From Balanoglossus misakiensis (taxonomy: Eukaryota > Animalia > Hemichordata), in contig CM082586.2 in the NCBI GenBank assembly GCA_040954595.2, positions 9,269,337-9,333,336 on the forward strand: a DNA stretch of 64,000 nt, given 5' to 3'. Below the pieces are notes generated by a model. It worked only from the letters and a program-made list of their open reading frames with translations. It had not been told where the DNA came from and did no database searches. Positions within the stretch are counted from its first letter, which is position 1. Each line of letters begins with the position of its first letter. A program made the translations under genes and the position numbers. This document shows positions 1 to 14,000 of the stretch, one piece after another.

Positions 1-866
1 AGCCTGGAATTAGATATGCAGAAATAATAATGTGTGAAAAGTAGGTCAAAGGTCATGTGAAAAATCGCCAAAAATTTGTAACATATTGTAGTCATATGAC
101 GAATGATATCCATTAAAAGAATTTGTATGCTATCAATTTTTATACTAGAAAAAGGAATTTTAATTTTTCACTGCTTTTTACAAAATCCAATATGGCCGCC
201 ATAATCTTCGACCAATCACAATGCTCTTTGCAAACTTGATAGACATCAGTGTAGTGACCATACTCCCCGAATCTTGCGACTCAGTCATCGCCCGTTCTGG
301 AGAAGAAGATTTTTGGAGTTTAACTATGGTTTTTCGAAAATCCAATATGGCCGCCATAATCTTCGACCAATCACAATGATCTTCGCAAACTTGATAGACA
401 TCAGTTAGGTGACCACATACCCCAAACCTTGTGTCTCGCTTATCACCGGTTCTGGAGAAGAAGATTTTTGAAATTTAAGCTAGATTTCAGAAAATAAATT
501 GTAGCAAAAAAACTGCAACATTGACAGCAAAATTTCCAATTACAAAAATGATGGGTAGAAGGTAGTCTACTGGCATGCCAAATTTGAAGTCGATCTGACT
601 TGTAGTTTCTGAGATCTGAGATTTGATTTTTTTCAGAAAATCCAATATGGCCGCCAGGTCACGTGACTAATTAAGTATTCACAAGTCACTGCACATCTAC
701 TCATTGACCTTGACCACTGTAGCAAGTTTGAGAAGTGTACCTGCAGCGGTGTCTGAGATCTAGAGCGACAAAGAAATGACACAAGAATAAAGAAAGAAAG
801 AAAGCCGGAAAGAAAAATTCCAACGAAACCAATAGGGCCCAAGCGCTTGCGTGCGCTTGGGCCCTA
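1..866 (+). mobile_element. Right part of a family-A non-autonomous Helentron with intact right terminus
   Basis: 155-bp subrepeats, (GAAA)n tail and hairpin tagggcccaagcgc-ttgcgt-gcgcttgggcccta at 833-866. Confidence 0.85.
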
Positions 867-867
867 A

Positions 868-3800
868 ATATAGCTGCAAGCAGCGATGACGGGCCCAAGC
901 TTAAGCCGAAGGTCAAAGGTCATAAGAGGTCACCCGAAATTTGGGCAAGAAATTTTGACCCCCATACTGGTCCGTGTCCCACAAGAACAAAATCTCTAGC
1001 CCTATTGGTTCGCCTACAATTAGGTATGCGCATAATTAATGAGATAAAGTGTAAGGCTCCATCAGGAGTTCCATCCCTCCAAATGCCAAGGCTGTATCTG
1101 CTGTGGATGCCGAGATATGGTAAAGTAGGTCAAAGGTCACCGGAGGTCACCCAAAATTTGGGCAAAAAATTTTGACCCCATACTGGTCCATGGTCAGCAT
1201 AAATCAAACCTCTAGCCCTATTGCTTAGCCTGGAATTAGGTATGCACATAATTAATGAGATAAGCAGGTGTCACAGGTGACCCCAATTTTGGCTTTTCAA
1301 TTTTAGTCCCAACCCTCCAAACGCCAAGTCTGTACCTGCTCTGGATGCGGAGATATAGGAAAGTAGGTCAAAGGTCACCTGAGGTCACCCAAAATTTGGG
1401 CAAGAAATTTTGACCCTATACTGGTCCATGTCCCACAAGAACGAAACCTCTAGCCCTCTTAGTTAGCCCAGAATTAGGTATGCACATAATTAATGAGTTA
1501 AGCAGGTGTTACAGGTGAGCCTAAAATTGTGCCTTTTATTTTGGTGCCATTATGCTCACCGACCAATAGACAGTCACTGTACAGGACTATTGCACAGACC
1601 AGAATTCCACAATAAGACATGGACATAGCTTATCCATAGAGGTATAAGTAAAGGTATTATTTAATAAAAAAATTAATATAAAAAAATCGGTCGATTTTTC
1701 ATATTATTTTTTTTTCGCTTAAAATTATTGACAAATGCTAGGCTAGCTGCATACCAAAGTTGAAGAAGATTGGCCTGACAGATTTTGAGATATGTATGCA
1801 TATTTATCCAAAATAATATGTGGTCATGGCTTTACTATGGAAAGTATAGGCCCATGGCTTGGTAAAAAATATGAAAAATAATACTTAAAAATCTTCTTCT
1901 CAAAATTGGAATGGCCAATGGCCTTGACATTTGGCATGTAGAACCCTGGCCACATGGTCCGCAAAAGTTGCTAAAAGAATTTTGATATCTCCATTCATAT
2001 GCAAATTAGGTCGATTTGAAAACTTTGCCCATATATGGTCATCAGGTCACGTGACTAATTTAACATTCACAAGGGTACTGCACTAGCTCTCATTGGCCTG
2101 CACCATTGTGCCAAATGTGAGATTTGTAGGTTCAGCCGTTTTCAAGATCTAGCTGGACAAAAAAATGACACAAGAAGAAGAAGAAGAAGAAGTAGAAGAA
2201 ATATAGCTGCAAGCAGCAATGGCGGGCCCAAGCCAACATAGCACATAGCAACATAGCAATAAGCATATCTGCTCTGGATGCCAAGATATGGAAAAGAAGG
2301 TCAAAGGTCACCTGAGGTCATGCAAAATTTGGGCGAGAAATTTTGACCCTATACTGGTCCATGTTCATCAAAAACCAAACCTATAGCCCTATTGGTTAGC
2401 CTGTAATTAGGTATGCACATAATAAATGAGGTAGGCAGGTGTCACAGGTGACCCCCCAATTTGGCTTTTCAATTTTAGTCCCAACCCTCCAAACGCCAAG
2501 TCTGTACCTGCTCTCGATGCCAAGATATGGTAAAGTAGGTCAAAGGTCACCTGAGGTCATGCAAAATTTGGGCAATAAATTTTGACCCTATACTGGTCCA
2601 CGTTCAACTAAAACCAAACCTATAGCCCTATTGGTTAGCCTGGAATTAGGTATGCACATAATTAATGAGATATGCAGGTGTCACAGGTGACCCCTATTTT
2701 GGCTTTTCAACTTAACTCCCAACCCTCCAAAGGCCAAGTCTGTACCTGCTCTGGATGCCGAGATATAGGAAAGTAGGTCAAAGGTCACCTGAGGTCACCC
2801 CAAATTTTGGCAAGAAATTTTGACCCTATACTGGTCCATGTCCCACAAGAACGAAACCTCTAGCCCTCTTAGTAAGCCCATAATTAGGTATGCACATAAT
2901 TAATGAGATATGCAGGTGTCACAGGTGACCCCTATTTTGGCTTTTCAACTTAAGTCCCAACCCTCCTAACGCCAAGTCTGTACCTGCTGTGGATGCCAAG
3001 ATATAGGAAAGTAGGTCAAAGGTCACCTGAGGTCACCCCAAATTTTGGCAGGAATGTTTAACCCTATACTGGTCCATGTCCCACAAGAACGAAACCTCTA
3101 GCCCTCTTAGTTAGCCCAGAATTAGGTAAGCACATAATTAATGAGTTAAGCAGGTGTTAAAGGTGAGCCTAAAATTGTGCCTTTTATTTTGGTGCCATTG
3201 TGCTCACTGACCAATAGACAGTCAATGTACAGGACTATTGCACAGACCAGAATTCCACAACAAGACATGGACATAGAGGTATAAGTAAAGGTATAAATTT
3301 ATTTAAAAAATTAATATAAAAAAATGCGTCGATTTTTCATATTATTTTTTTTCGCTTAAAATTATTGACAAATGCTAGTCTAGCTGCACACCAAAGTTGG
3401 AGATAATTGGCCTAACAGATTTTGAGATATGTATGCATATTTATCCAAAATAATATGTGGTCATAGCTTTACTATGGAAAGTATAGGCCCATGGCTTGGT
3501 AAAAAAATATGAAAAATAATACTCAAAAATCTTCTTCTCAAAATTGGCATGGCCAATGGCCTTGACATTTGGCAAGTAGGACACTGACCACATGGTCCGC
3601 AAAAGTTGCTAACAGAATTTTGATATCACCATTCATATGCAAATAAGGCCGATTTGGAAATTTTGCCCATATATGGTCATCAGGTCACGTGACTAATTTA
3701 ACATTCACAAGGGTACTGCACTAGCTCTCATTCGCCTGCACCATTGTGCCAAGTTTGAAATTGTTAGGTTTAGCAGTTTTCCAGATCTACCTCGCCAAAG

Positions 3801-5004
3801 AAAACGACAGAAGAAGAAGAAAAAGAAGAAGAAGTAGAAGAATATAGCTGCAAGCAGCAATAGCGGGCCCAAGCCAACATAGCACATAGCACATAGCAAC
3901 ATAGCAATAAGCATATCTGCTCTGGATGCCAAGATATGGTAAAGTAGGTCAAAGGTCACCTGAGGTCATGCAAAATTTGGGCAAGAAATTTTGACCCTAT
4001 ACTGGTCCATGTTCAACAAAAACCAAACCTATAGCCCTATTGGTTAGCCTGGAATTAGGTATGCACATAATTAATGAGGTAGGCAGGTGTCACAGGTGAT
4101 CCCCAATTTTGGCTTTTCAATTTTAGTCCCAACCCTCCAAATGCCAAATCTATGCCTGCTCTGGATGCCGAGATATAGGAAAGTAGGTCAAAGGTCACCT
4201 GAGGTCACTCAAAATTTGGGCAAGAATTTTGACCCTATACTGGTCCATGTCCCACAAGAACGAATCCTCTAGCCCTCTTATTTAGCCCAGAATTAGGTAT
4301 GCACATAATTAATGAGTTAAGCAGGTGTTACAGGTGAGCCTAAAATTTTGCCTTTTATTTTGGTGCCATTGTGCTCACTGACCAATAGATAGTCACTGTA
4401 CAGGACTATTGCACAGACCAGAATTCCACAATAAGACATGGACATAGCTTAACCATAGAGGTATAAGTAAAGGTATAAATTTAATAAAAAAATTAATATA
4501 AAAAAATCGGTCGATTTTTCATATTATTTTTTTTCGCTTAAAATTATTGACAAATGCTAGGCTAGCTGCACACCAAAGTTGGAGATGATCGGCCTAACAG
4601 ATTTTGAGATATGTATGCATATTTATCCAAAATAATATGTGGCCATAGCTGTACTATGTAAAGTATAGGCCCATGACTTGGGCGAAAAATATGAAAAATA
4701 ATACTTAAAAATCTTCTTCTCAAAATTTGCATGGCCAATGTCCTTGACATTTAGCATGTAGGACACTGACCACATGGTCCGCAAAAGTTGCTAAAAGAAT
4801 TTTGATATCTCCATTCATATGCAAATAAGGTCGATTTGAAAATTTTGCCCATATATGGTCATCAGGTCACGTGACTAATTAAACATTCACAAGGGTACTG
4901 CACTAGCTCTCATTGGCCTGCACCATTGTGCCAAGTTTGAAATTGGTAGGTTTAGCAGTTTTCCAGATCTACCTCTCCAAAGAAACGACAGAAGAAGAAA
5001 AAGA
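868..5004 (+). mobile_element. Bodies of three family-B non-autonomous Helentrons (HINE-like); left ends at 868, 2201 and 3842
   Basis: Each starts atatagctgcaagcagc...gggcccaagc, has a variable number of ~238-bp cores and a shared unique right block, and ends in (GAA)n-gtagaagaa without a hairpin (hairpins displaced to 38793-38924). Confidence 0.88.
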
Positions 5005-8000
5005 ATTAAAGCTGCAAGCAGCATTGTCCGGGCCCAAGCTCTATTATCTGATCTGATTATTAGATATGCACATAATTAATGAGTAGAAACATAATGTTGT
5101 CTTTTATCGCATGAAATATCAAGGTTATATCTATGTTTGGTGCTGATATAGTGTTTAAAGTAGGTCAAAGGTCACCCAGGGGTCACCAAAAATTTGGGCA
5201 GAATATTTTGACCCATAGTGGTCCATGTCCAACAAAAACCAGACCTCTAGCCCTTTTGGTTAGCCCGGAATTAGGTATGCACATAAATAATGAGTTAAGC
5301 AGGTGTCACAGGTGACCCAAAACTTTGGCTTTTCATTATGGCCCCATACCTCCAAACGCCAAGGCTGTATCTGCTGTGGATGTCGAGATATGCAAAAGTA
5401 GGTCAAAGGTCACCCGAGGTCACCCAAAATTTGGGCAACAAATTTTGACCCAATACTGGTCCATGTCCAACAAAAACCAAACCTCTAGGTCTATTGGTTC
5501 ATCTGTAATTAGGTATGTGCATATTTAATGAGGTCAGCAGAGGTCAAAGGGGTCATGAAAAGTAGCGAAATTTTTTGATCACATACAAATCCACATACAT
5601 CAAAACCAAAATGATAGCCCTATAGGTTAGCCTGGAATTAGATATGCAGAAAAAACGATGTGTCAAAAGTAGGTCAAAGGTCATTGCCAAAATTACCAAA
5701 ATATTTGGGGTAGGTCCTGGCAGGGGTGATACCAATGTGCACAAAAATCAGAACTCTGGTACATTTAGAACACGTAGTATGAGCTATATATGCATATATG
5801 CAGGTTCTTTAAAAAGTAGGTCAAAGGTCATGTGAAAATTGCCAAAATATTTGCAACATATTCTAGTCATATGACGACTCATATCCATAAAAAGAATTTG
5901 TATGCTATCTATTTTTAGACTAGAAAAATGATTTCTTAATTTTCAATGGTTTTTACAAAATCCAATATGGCCGCCATAATCTTCGACCAATCACAACGGT
6001 CTTCGCAAACTTGATAGACATCAGTTAGGTGATGTCATACCCTAAATCCCATGACTCGGTTATTGCCGGTTCTGGAGAAGAAGATTTTTGAAGATTTTAC
6101 TGTACTTTTTTGAAAATCCAATATGGCGGCCAAAGTCACGTGACCGCTCAGGATTTTATTGTCAAACTTTGAAGGGCAGAGGACATGTGTACCATACACC
6201 AAATTTGAACTTGATTGGCCCTGTGGTTTTTGAGAAGAAGCCATTTAAAGATTATCAGAAAATCCAATATGGCCGCCAGGTCACGTGACTAATTAAATAT
6301 TCACAAGCCACTGCACATCTACTCATTGACCTTCACCACTGTAGCAAGTTTGAGAAGTGTACCTGTAGCCGTTTCAGAGATCTAGGAGAGCAAAGAATTG
6401 ACATAAGAATAAAGAAAGAATTAAAGCTGCAAGCAGCATTGTCCGGGCCCAAGCTCTATTATCTGATCAGATTATTAGATATGCACATCATTAATGAGTA
6501 GAACCATAATGCTGTGTTTTATCCCATGAAATATCAAGGTTATATCTATGTTTGGTGTTGATATAGTGTTAAGTAGGTCAAAGGTCACCCAGAGGTCACC
6601 CACAATTTGGGCAGAAAATTTTGACCCATAGTGGTCCATGTCCAACAAAAACCATACCTCCAAACGTCAAGGCTGTATCTGTTGTGGATGTCGATATATG
6701 CAAAAGTAGGTCAAAGGTCACCCGAGGTCACCCAACATTTGGGCAAAATATTTTGTCCCCATACTGGTCCATGTATAACAAAAACAAAACCTCTAGGTCT
6801 ATTAGTTCATCATCAATTAGGTATGCGCATATTTAATGAGGTCACCAGAGGTCATGAAAAGTAGCAAAATTTTTTTATCACATACAAATCCACATACATC
6901 AAAAACCAAACTTATAGCCCTATTGGTTAGCCTGGAATTAGATATGCAGAAAAATGATGCGTCAAAAGTAGGTCAAAGGTCATTGCCAAAATTACCAAAA
7001 TATTTATAGCTTATTCTTGTCATATGATGATTCATATCCATAAAAAGAATTTCTGTGCTATCAATTTTAAGGCTAGAAAAGGAATTTTTACTTTTTAATC
7101 GTTTTTCACAAAATCCAATATGGCCGCCATAATCTTCGACCAATCACATTCCCCTTCGCAAACTTGATAGACATCTGTTTAATGACCACACACACCAAAT
7201 CTTGTGACTCGGTTATCGCCCGTTCTTGAGAAGAAGATTTTTGAAATTTTACAATGGTTTTTAGAAAATCCAATATGGCCGCCATAATCTTCGACCAATC
7301 ACAATGATCTTCGCAAACTTGATAGACATCAGTTAGGTGACCACATACCCCAAACCGCGTGACTCAGTTATCACCGGTTCTGGAGAAGAAGATTTTTGAA
7401 AATTAAGCCAGATTTCAGAAAAAAAATTGTAGCAAAAAAACTGCAACATTTACAGCAAAATATCCAATTACAAAAATGATGGGTAGAAGGTAGACTACCT
7501 GCACACCAAATTTGAAGTCGATCTGACTTGTAGTTTCTGAGATCTGAGATTTGCATTTTTTCAGAAAATCCAATATGGCCGCCAGGTCACGTGACTAATT
7601 AAAAATTCAAGGGTTCAATGCACGACTACTCATTGACCTTGACCACTGTAGCAAGTTTCAGAAGTGTACCTGCAGCGGTGTCTGAGATCTAGAGCGACAA
7701 AGAATTGACAGAAGAATAAAGAAAGAAAGAAAGAAAGAAAGAATTAAAGCTGCAAGCAGCATTGTCCGGGCCCAAGCTCTATTATCTGATTTGATTATTA
7801 GATATGCACATAATTAATGAGTAGAAACATAATGCTGTGTTTTATCCCATGAAATATCAAGATTATATCTATGTTTAGTGCTGATATAGTGTTAAGTAGG
7901 TCAGAGGTCACCCAGAGGTCACCCACAGTTTTGGCAGAAAATTTTGACCCATAGTGGTCCATGTCCAACAAAAACCAGACCTCTAACCCTTTTGGTTAGC

Positions 8001-11000
8001 CCGGAATTAGGTATGCACATAAATAATGAGTTAAGCAGGTGTCACAGGTGACCAAAAACTTTGGCTTTTCATTATGGCCCCATACCTCCAAACGCCAAGG
8101 CTGTATCTGCTGTGGATGCTGAGATTTGCGAAAGTAGGTCAAAGGTTACCAGAGGTCACCCAAAATTTGGGTAAAAAATTTTGACCCCATACTTGTCCTG
8201 TCCAACAAAAACAAAACCTCTAGGTCTATTGGTTCATCTGTAATTAGGTATGCGCATATTTAATGAGGTCAGCAGAGGTCAAAGGGGTCATGAAAAGTAG
8301 CAAAATTTTTTGATCACATACAAATCCACATACATCAAAAACCAAACTTATAGCCCTATTGGTTAGCCTGGAATTAGATATGCAGAAAATTGATGCGTCA
8401 AAAGTAGGTCAAAGGTCATTGCCAAAATTACCAAAATATTTATAGCTTATTCTTGTTATATGATGATTCATATCCATAAAAAGAATTTCTGTGCTATCAA
8501 CTTTTAGGCTAGAAAGGGAATTTTTACTTTTTAATCGTTTTTCACAAAATCCAATATGGCCGCCATAATCTTCGACCAATCACATTCCTCTTCGCAAACT
8601 TGATAGACATCCGTTGAATGACCACACACACAAAATCTTGTGACTCGGTTATCGCCGGTTCTTGAGGAGAAGATTTTTGAAGTTTTACTATGGTTTTTCG
8701 AAAATCCAATATGGCCGCCATAATCTTCGACCAATCACAAGGATCTTCGCAAACTTGATAGACCTCAGTTTGGTGACCACATACCCCAAACCGCGTGACT
8801 CGGTTATCGCCGGTTCTGGAGAAGAAGATTTTTGAAATTTTGACCAGATTTCAGAAAAAAAATTGTAGCAAAAAAACTGCATCATTGACAGCAAAATATC
8901 CAATTACAAAAATGATGGGCAGGAGGTACACTACCAGCACACCAAATCTGAAGTAAATCTGACTTGTAGTTTCTGAGATCTGAGATTTGCATTTTTTCAG
9001 AAAATCCAATATGGCCGCCATGTCACGTGACTAATTAAAAATTCAAGAGTTCAATGCACGACTACCCATTGACCTTGACCACTGTAGCAAGTTTGAGAAG
9101 TGTACCTGCAGCGGTGTCTGAGATCTAGAGCGACAAAGAAATGACACAAGAATAAAGAAAGAAAGAAAGAAAAACCCCAACGAAACCAATAGGGCCCAAG
9201 CGCTGGTATGCGCTTGGGCCCTAAAAACCCCAACGAAACCAATAGGGCCCAAGCGCTGGTATGCGCTTGGGCCCTAAAGAAAAACCCCAACGAAACCAAT
9301 ACGGGCCCAAGCCTGGCTTGGCTTGGGCCCGTAAGAAGTAGAATTAAAGCTGCAAGCAGCATTGTCGGGCCCAAGCGCTGATCTTGAATTATATATGCAC
9401 AGTATGAATGAGAAAAAACAGAATTTTCTATCGTATGTATTATCTGATGACATAACAAGGATGTGTGTATTTTTGCTGCTGAAATAGGGTGAAGTAGGTC
9501 AAAGGTCACCAGAGGTCACGCAACATTTGGGCAAAAAATTTTGATCCCATACTGGTCCATGTCCAACAAAAAACAAAACTCTAGCTCTATTGGTTCGCCT
9601 GTAATTAGGTATGTGCATATTTAATGAGGTCAGCAGGTGTCACAGGTGACTCAAAAATGTGGCTTTACATTTTGGTCCCATCCTACCAAATGCCATGGCT
9701 GTATCTGCTCTGGATGCTGAGATATGCGAAAGTAGGTCAAAGGTCACCAGAGGTCACGGAACATTTGGGCAAAAATTTTTGATCTCATACTGGTCTGTGT
9801 CCAACAAAAACCAAACCTCTAGCTCTATTGGTTCGCCTGTAATTAGCTATGCACATAATTAATGAGGTCAGCAGAGGTCAAAGGGGTCATGAAAAGTAGC
9901 AAAATATTTTGATCACACACTAATCCACATTCATCAAAAACCAAACGTCTAGCCCTATAGGTTAGCCTGGAATTAGATATGCAAAAATACTAACGCGTGA
10001 TAAGTAGGTCAAAGGTCATGTGAAAAATCGCCAAAAAATTGTAACATATTTTAGTCACATGACGATTGATATCCATAAAAAGAATTTGTATGCTATCAAT
10101 TTTTAGACTAGAAAAAGGAATTTCAATTTTTCACTGCTTTTTACAAAATCCAATATGGCCGCCATAATCTTCGACCAATCACAATGCTCTTTGCAAACTT
10201 GATAGACATCAGTGTAGTGACCATACTCCCGGAATCTTGCGACTCAGTCATCGCCCGTTCTGGAGAAGAAGATTTTTGGAGTTTAACTATGGTTTTTCTA
10301 AAATCCAATATGGCCGCCATAATCTTCGACCAATCACAATGATCTTCGCAAACTTGATAGACATCAGTTAGGTGACCACATACCCCAAACCCCGTGTCTC
10401 GGTTATCACTGGTTCTGGAGAAGAAGATTTTTGAAATTTAAGCCAGATTTCAGAAAAAAAATTGTAGCAAAAAAACTGCAACATTGACAGCAAAATGTCC
10501 AATTACAAAAATGATGGGTAGAAGGTAGTCTACCTGCATGCCAAATTTGAAGTCGATCTGACTTGTAGTTTCTGAGATCTGAGATTTGAATTTTTTCAGA
10601 AAATCCAATATGGCCGCCAGGTCACGTGACTAATTAATTATTCACAAGTCACTGCACATCTACTCATTGACCTTGACCACTGTAGCAAGTTTGAGAAGTG
10701 TACCTGCAGTAGTTTCAGAGATCTCGTTGGCCGAAGAAATTGACACAAGAAAAAAGAAAGAAAGATTAAAGCTGCAAGCAGCATTGTCCGGGCCCAAGCT
10801 CTATTATCTGATCAGATTATTAGATATGCACATAATTAATGAGTAGAAACATAATGCTGTGTTTTATCCCATGAAATATCAAGGTTATATCTATGTTTGG
10901 TGCTGATATAATGTTAAGTAGGTCAAAGGTCCCCTGAGGTCACCCAAAATTTGGGCAGAAAAATTTGACCCATAGTGGTCCATGTCCAACAAAAACCAGA

Positions 11001-14000
11001 CCTCTAGCCCTTTTGGTTAGCCCGGAATTAGGTATGCACATAAATAATGAGTTAAGCAGGTGTCACAGGTGACCCAAAACTTTGGCTTTTAATTATGGCC
11101 CCATACCTCCAAACGCCAAGGCTGTATCTGCTGTGGATGTCGAGATATGCAAAAGTAGGTCAAAGGTCACCAGAGGTCACCCAACATTTGGGCAAATTTG
11201 TTTGACCCAATACTGGTCCATGTCCAACAGAAACCAAACCTCTAGGTCTATTGGTTCATCTGGAATTAGGTATGTGCATATTTAATGAGGTCAGCAGAGG
11301 TCACAGGTGACCCTAAACTGTGGCTTTTCATTATGGCCCCATATATCCAAATGCCAAGGCTGTACCTGCTTTGGATACCAAGATATGCAAAAGTAGGTCA
11401 AAGGTTATCCGTGGTCACCCAACATTTGGGTAAAATATTTTGACCCCGTACTGATCCATGTCCAAAAAAACCCAAACCTCCAGGTCTATTGGTTCATCAT
11501 GAATTAGGTATGCGCATATTTAATGCGGTCAGCAGAGGTCAAAGGGGTCATGAAAAGTAGCAAAATTGTTTGATCACATACAAATCCACATACATCAAAA
11601 ACCAAACTTGTAGCCCTATTGGTTAGCCTGGAATTAGATATGCAGAAAAATGATGTGTCAAAAGTAGGTCAAAGGTCTTTGCCAAAATTACCAAAATATT
11701 TATAGCTTATTCTTGTCATATGATGATTCATATCCATAAAAAGAATTTCTGTGCTATCAATTTTTAGGCTAGAAAGGGAATTTTTACTTTTTAATCGTTT
11801 TTCACAAAATCCAATATGGCCGCCATAATCTTCAACTAATCACATTCTTCTTCGCAAACTTGATAGACATCTGTTTAATGACCACACACACCAAATCTTG
11901 TGACTCGGTTATCGCCGGTTCTCGAGAAGAAGATTTTTGAAATTTTACTAGGGTTTTTCGAAAATCCAATATGGCCGCCATAATCTTCGACCAATCACAA
12001 TGATCTTCGCAAACTTGATAGACATCAGTTAGGTGACCACATACCCCAAACCCCGTGTCTCGGTTATCACCGGTTCTAGAGAAGAAGATTTTTGAAATTT
12101 AAGCCAGATTTCAGAAAAAAAATTGTAGCAAAAAAACTGCAACATTGACAGCATAATTTCCAATTACAAAAATGTTTGACAGAAGGTAGTCTACCTGCAC
12201 GCCAAATTTGAAGTCGATCTGACTTGTAGTTTCTGAGATCTGAGATTTGCATTTTTTCAGAAAATCCAAGATGGCCGCCAGGTCATGTGACTAATTAAAA
12301 ATTCATGGGTTCAATGCACGACTACTCATTGACCTTGACCACTGTAGCAAGTTTGAGAACTGTACCTGCAGTGGTGTCTGAGATCTAGAGCGACAAAGAA
12401 ATGACAGAAGAATATAGAAAGAAGAAAGAAAGAAAGACAGATTAAAGCTGCAAGCAGCATTGTCCGGGCCCAAGCTCTATTATCTGATCAGATTATTAGA
12501 TATGCACATAATTAATGAGTAGAAACATAATGCTGTGTTTTATCCCATAAAATATCAAGGTTATATCTATGTTTGGTGTTGATATAGTGTTAAGTAGGTC
12601 AAAGGTCACCCAGAGGTCACCCACAATTTGGGCAGAAAATTTTGATCCATAGTGGTCCATGTCCAACAAAAACCAGACCTCTAGCCCTTTTGGTTAGCCC
12701 GGAATTAGGTATGCACATAAATAATGAGTTAAGCAGGTGTCAAAGGTGACCCAAAACTTTGGCTTTTCATTATGGCCCCATACCTCCAAACGCCAAGGTT
12801 GTATCTGCTGTGGATGTCGAGATATGCAAAAGTAGGTCAAAGGTCACCCGAGGTCACCCAACATTTGGGCAAAATATTTTGACCCCATACTGGTCCATGT
12901 ATAACAAAAACAAAACCTCTAGGTCTATTGGTTCATCATTAATTAGGTATGCGCATATTTAATGAGGTCACCAGAGGTCAAAGGGGTCATGAAAAGTAGC
13001 AACATTTTTTGATCACATACAAATCCACATACATCAAAAACCAAACTTATAGCCCTATTGGTAAGCCTGGAATTAGATATGCAGAAAAATGATGCGTCAA
13101 AAGTAGGTCAAAGGTCATTGCCAAAATTACCAAAATATTTATAGCTTATTCTTGTCATATGATGATTCATATCCATAAAAAGAATTTCTGTGCTATCAAT
13201 TTTTAGGCTAGAAAAGGAATTTTTACTTTTTAATCGTTTTTCACAAAATCCAATATGGCCGCCATAATCTTCGACCAATCACATTCCCCTTCGCAAACTT
13301 GATAGACACCTGTTTAATGACCACACACACCAAATCTTGTGACTCGGTTATCGCCCGTTCTTGAGAAGAAGATTTTTGAAGTTTTACTATGGTTTTTCGA
13401 AAATCCAATATGGCCGCCATAATCTTCGACCAATCACAATGATCTTCGCAAACTTGATAGACATCAGTTAGGTGACCACATACCCCAAACCGCGTGACTC
13501 AGTTATCACCGGTTCTGGAGAAGAAGATTTTTGAAATTTAAGCCAGATTTCAGAAAAAAAATTGTAGCAAAAAAACTGCAACATTTACAGCAAAATATCC
13601 AATTACAAAAATGATGGGTAGAAGGTAGACTACCTGCACACCAAATTTGAAGTCGATCTGACTTGTAGTTTCTGAGATCTGAGATTTGCATTTTTTCAGA
13701 AAATCCAATATGGCCGCCAGGTCACGTGACTAATTAAAAATTCACATGTTCAATGCACGACTACTCATTGACCTTGACCACTGTAGCAAGTTTCAGAAGT
13801 GTACCTGCAGCGGTGTCTGAGATCTAGAGCGACAAAGAATTGACACAAGAATAAAGAAAGAAAGAAAGAAGAAAGAAAAACCCCAACGAAACCAATAGGG
13901 CCCAAGCGCTGGTATGCGCTTGGGCCCTAATTAAAGCTGCAAGCAGCATTGTCCGGGCCCAAGCTCTATTAACTGATCTGATTATTAGATATGCACGTAA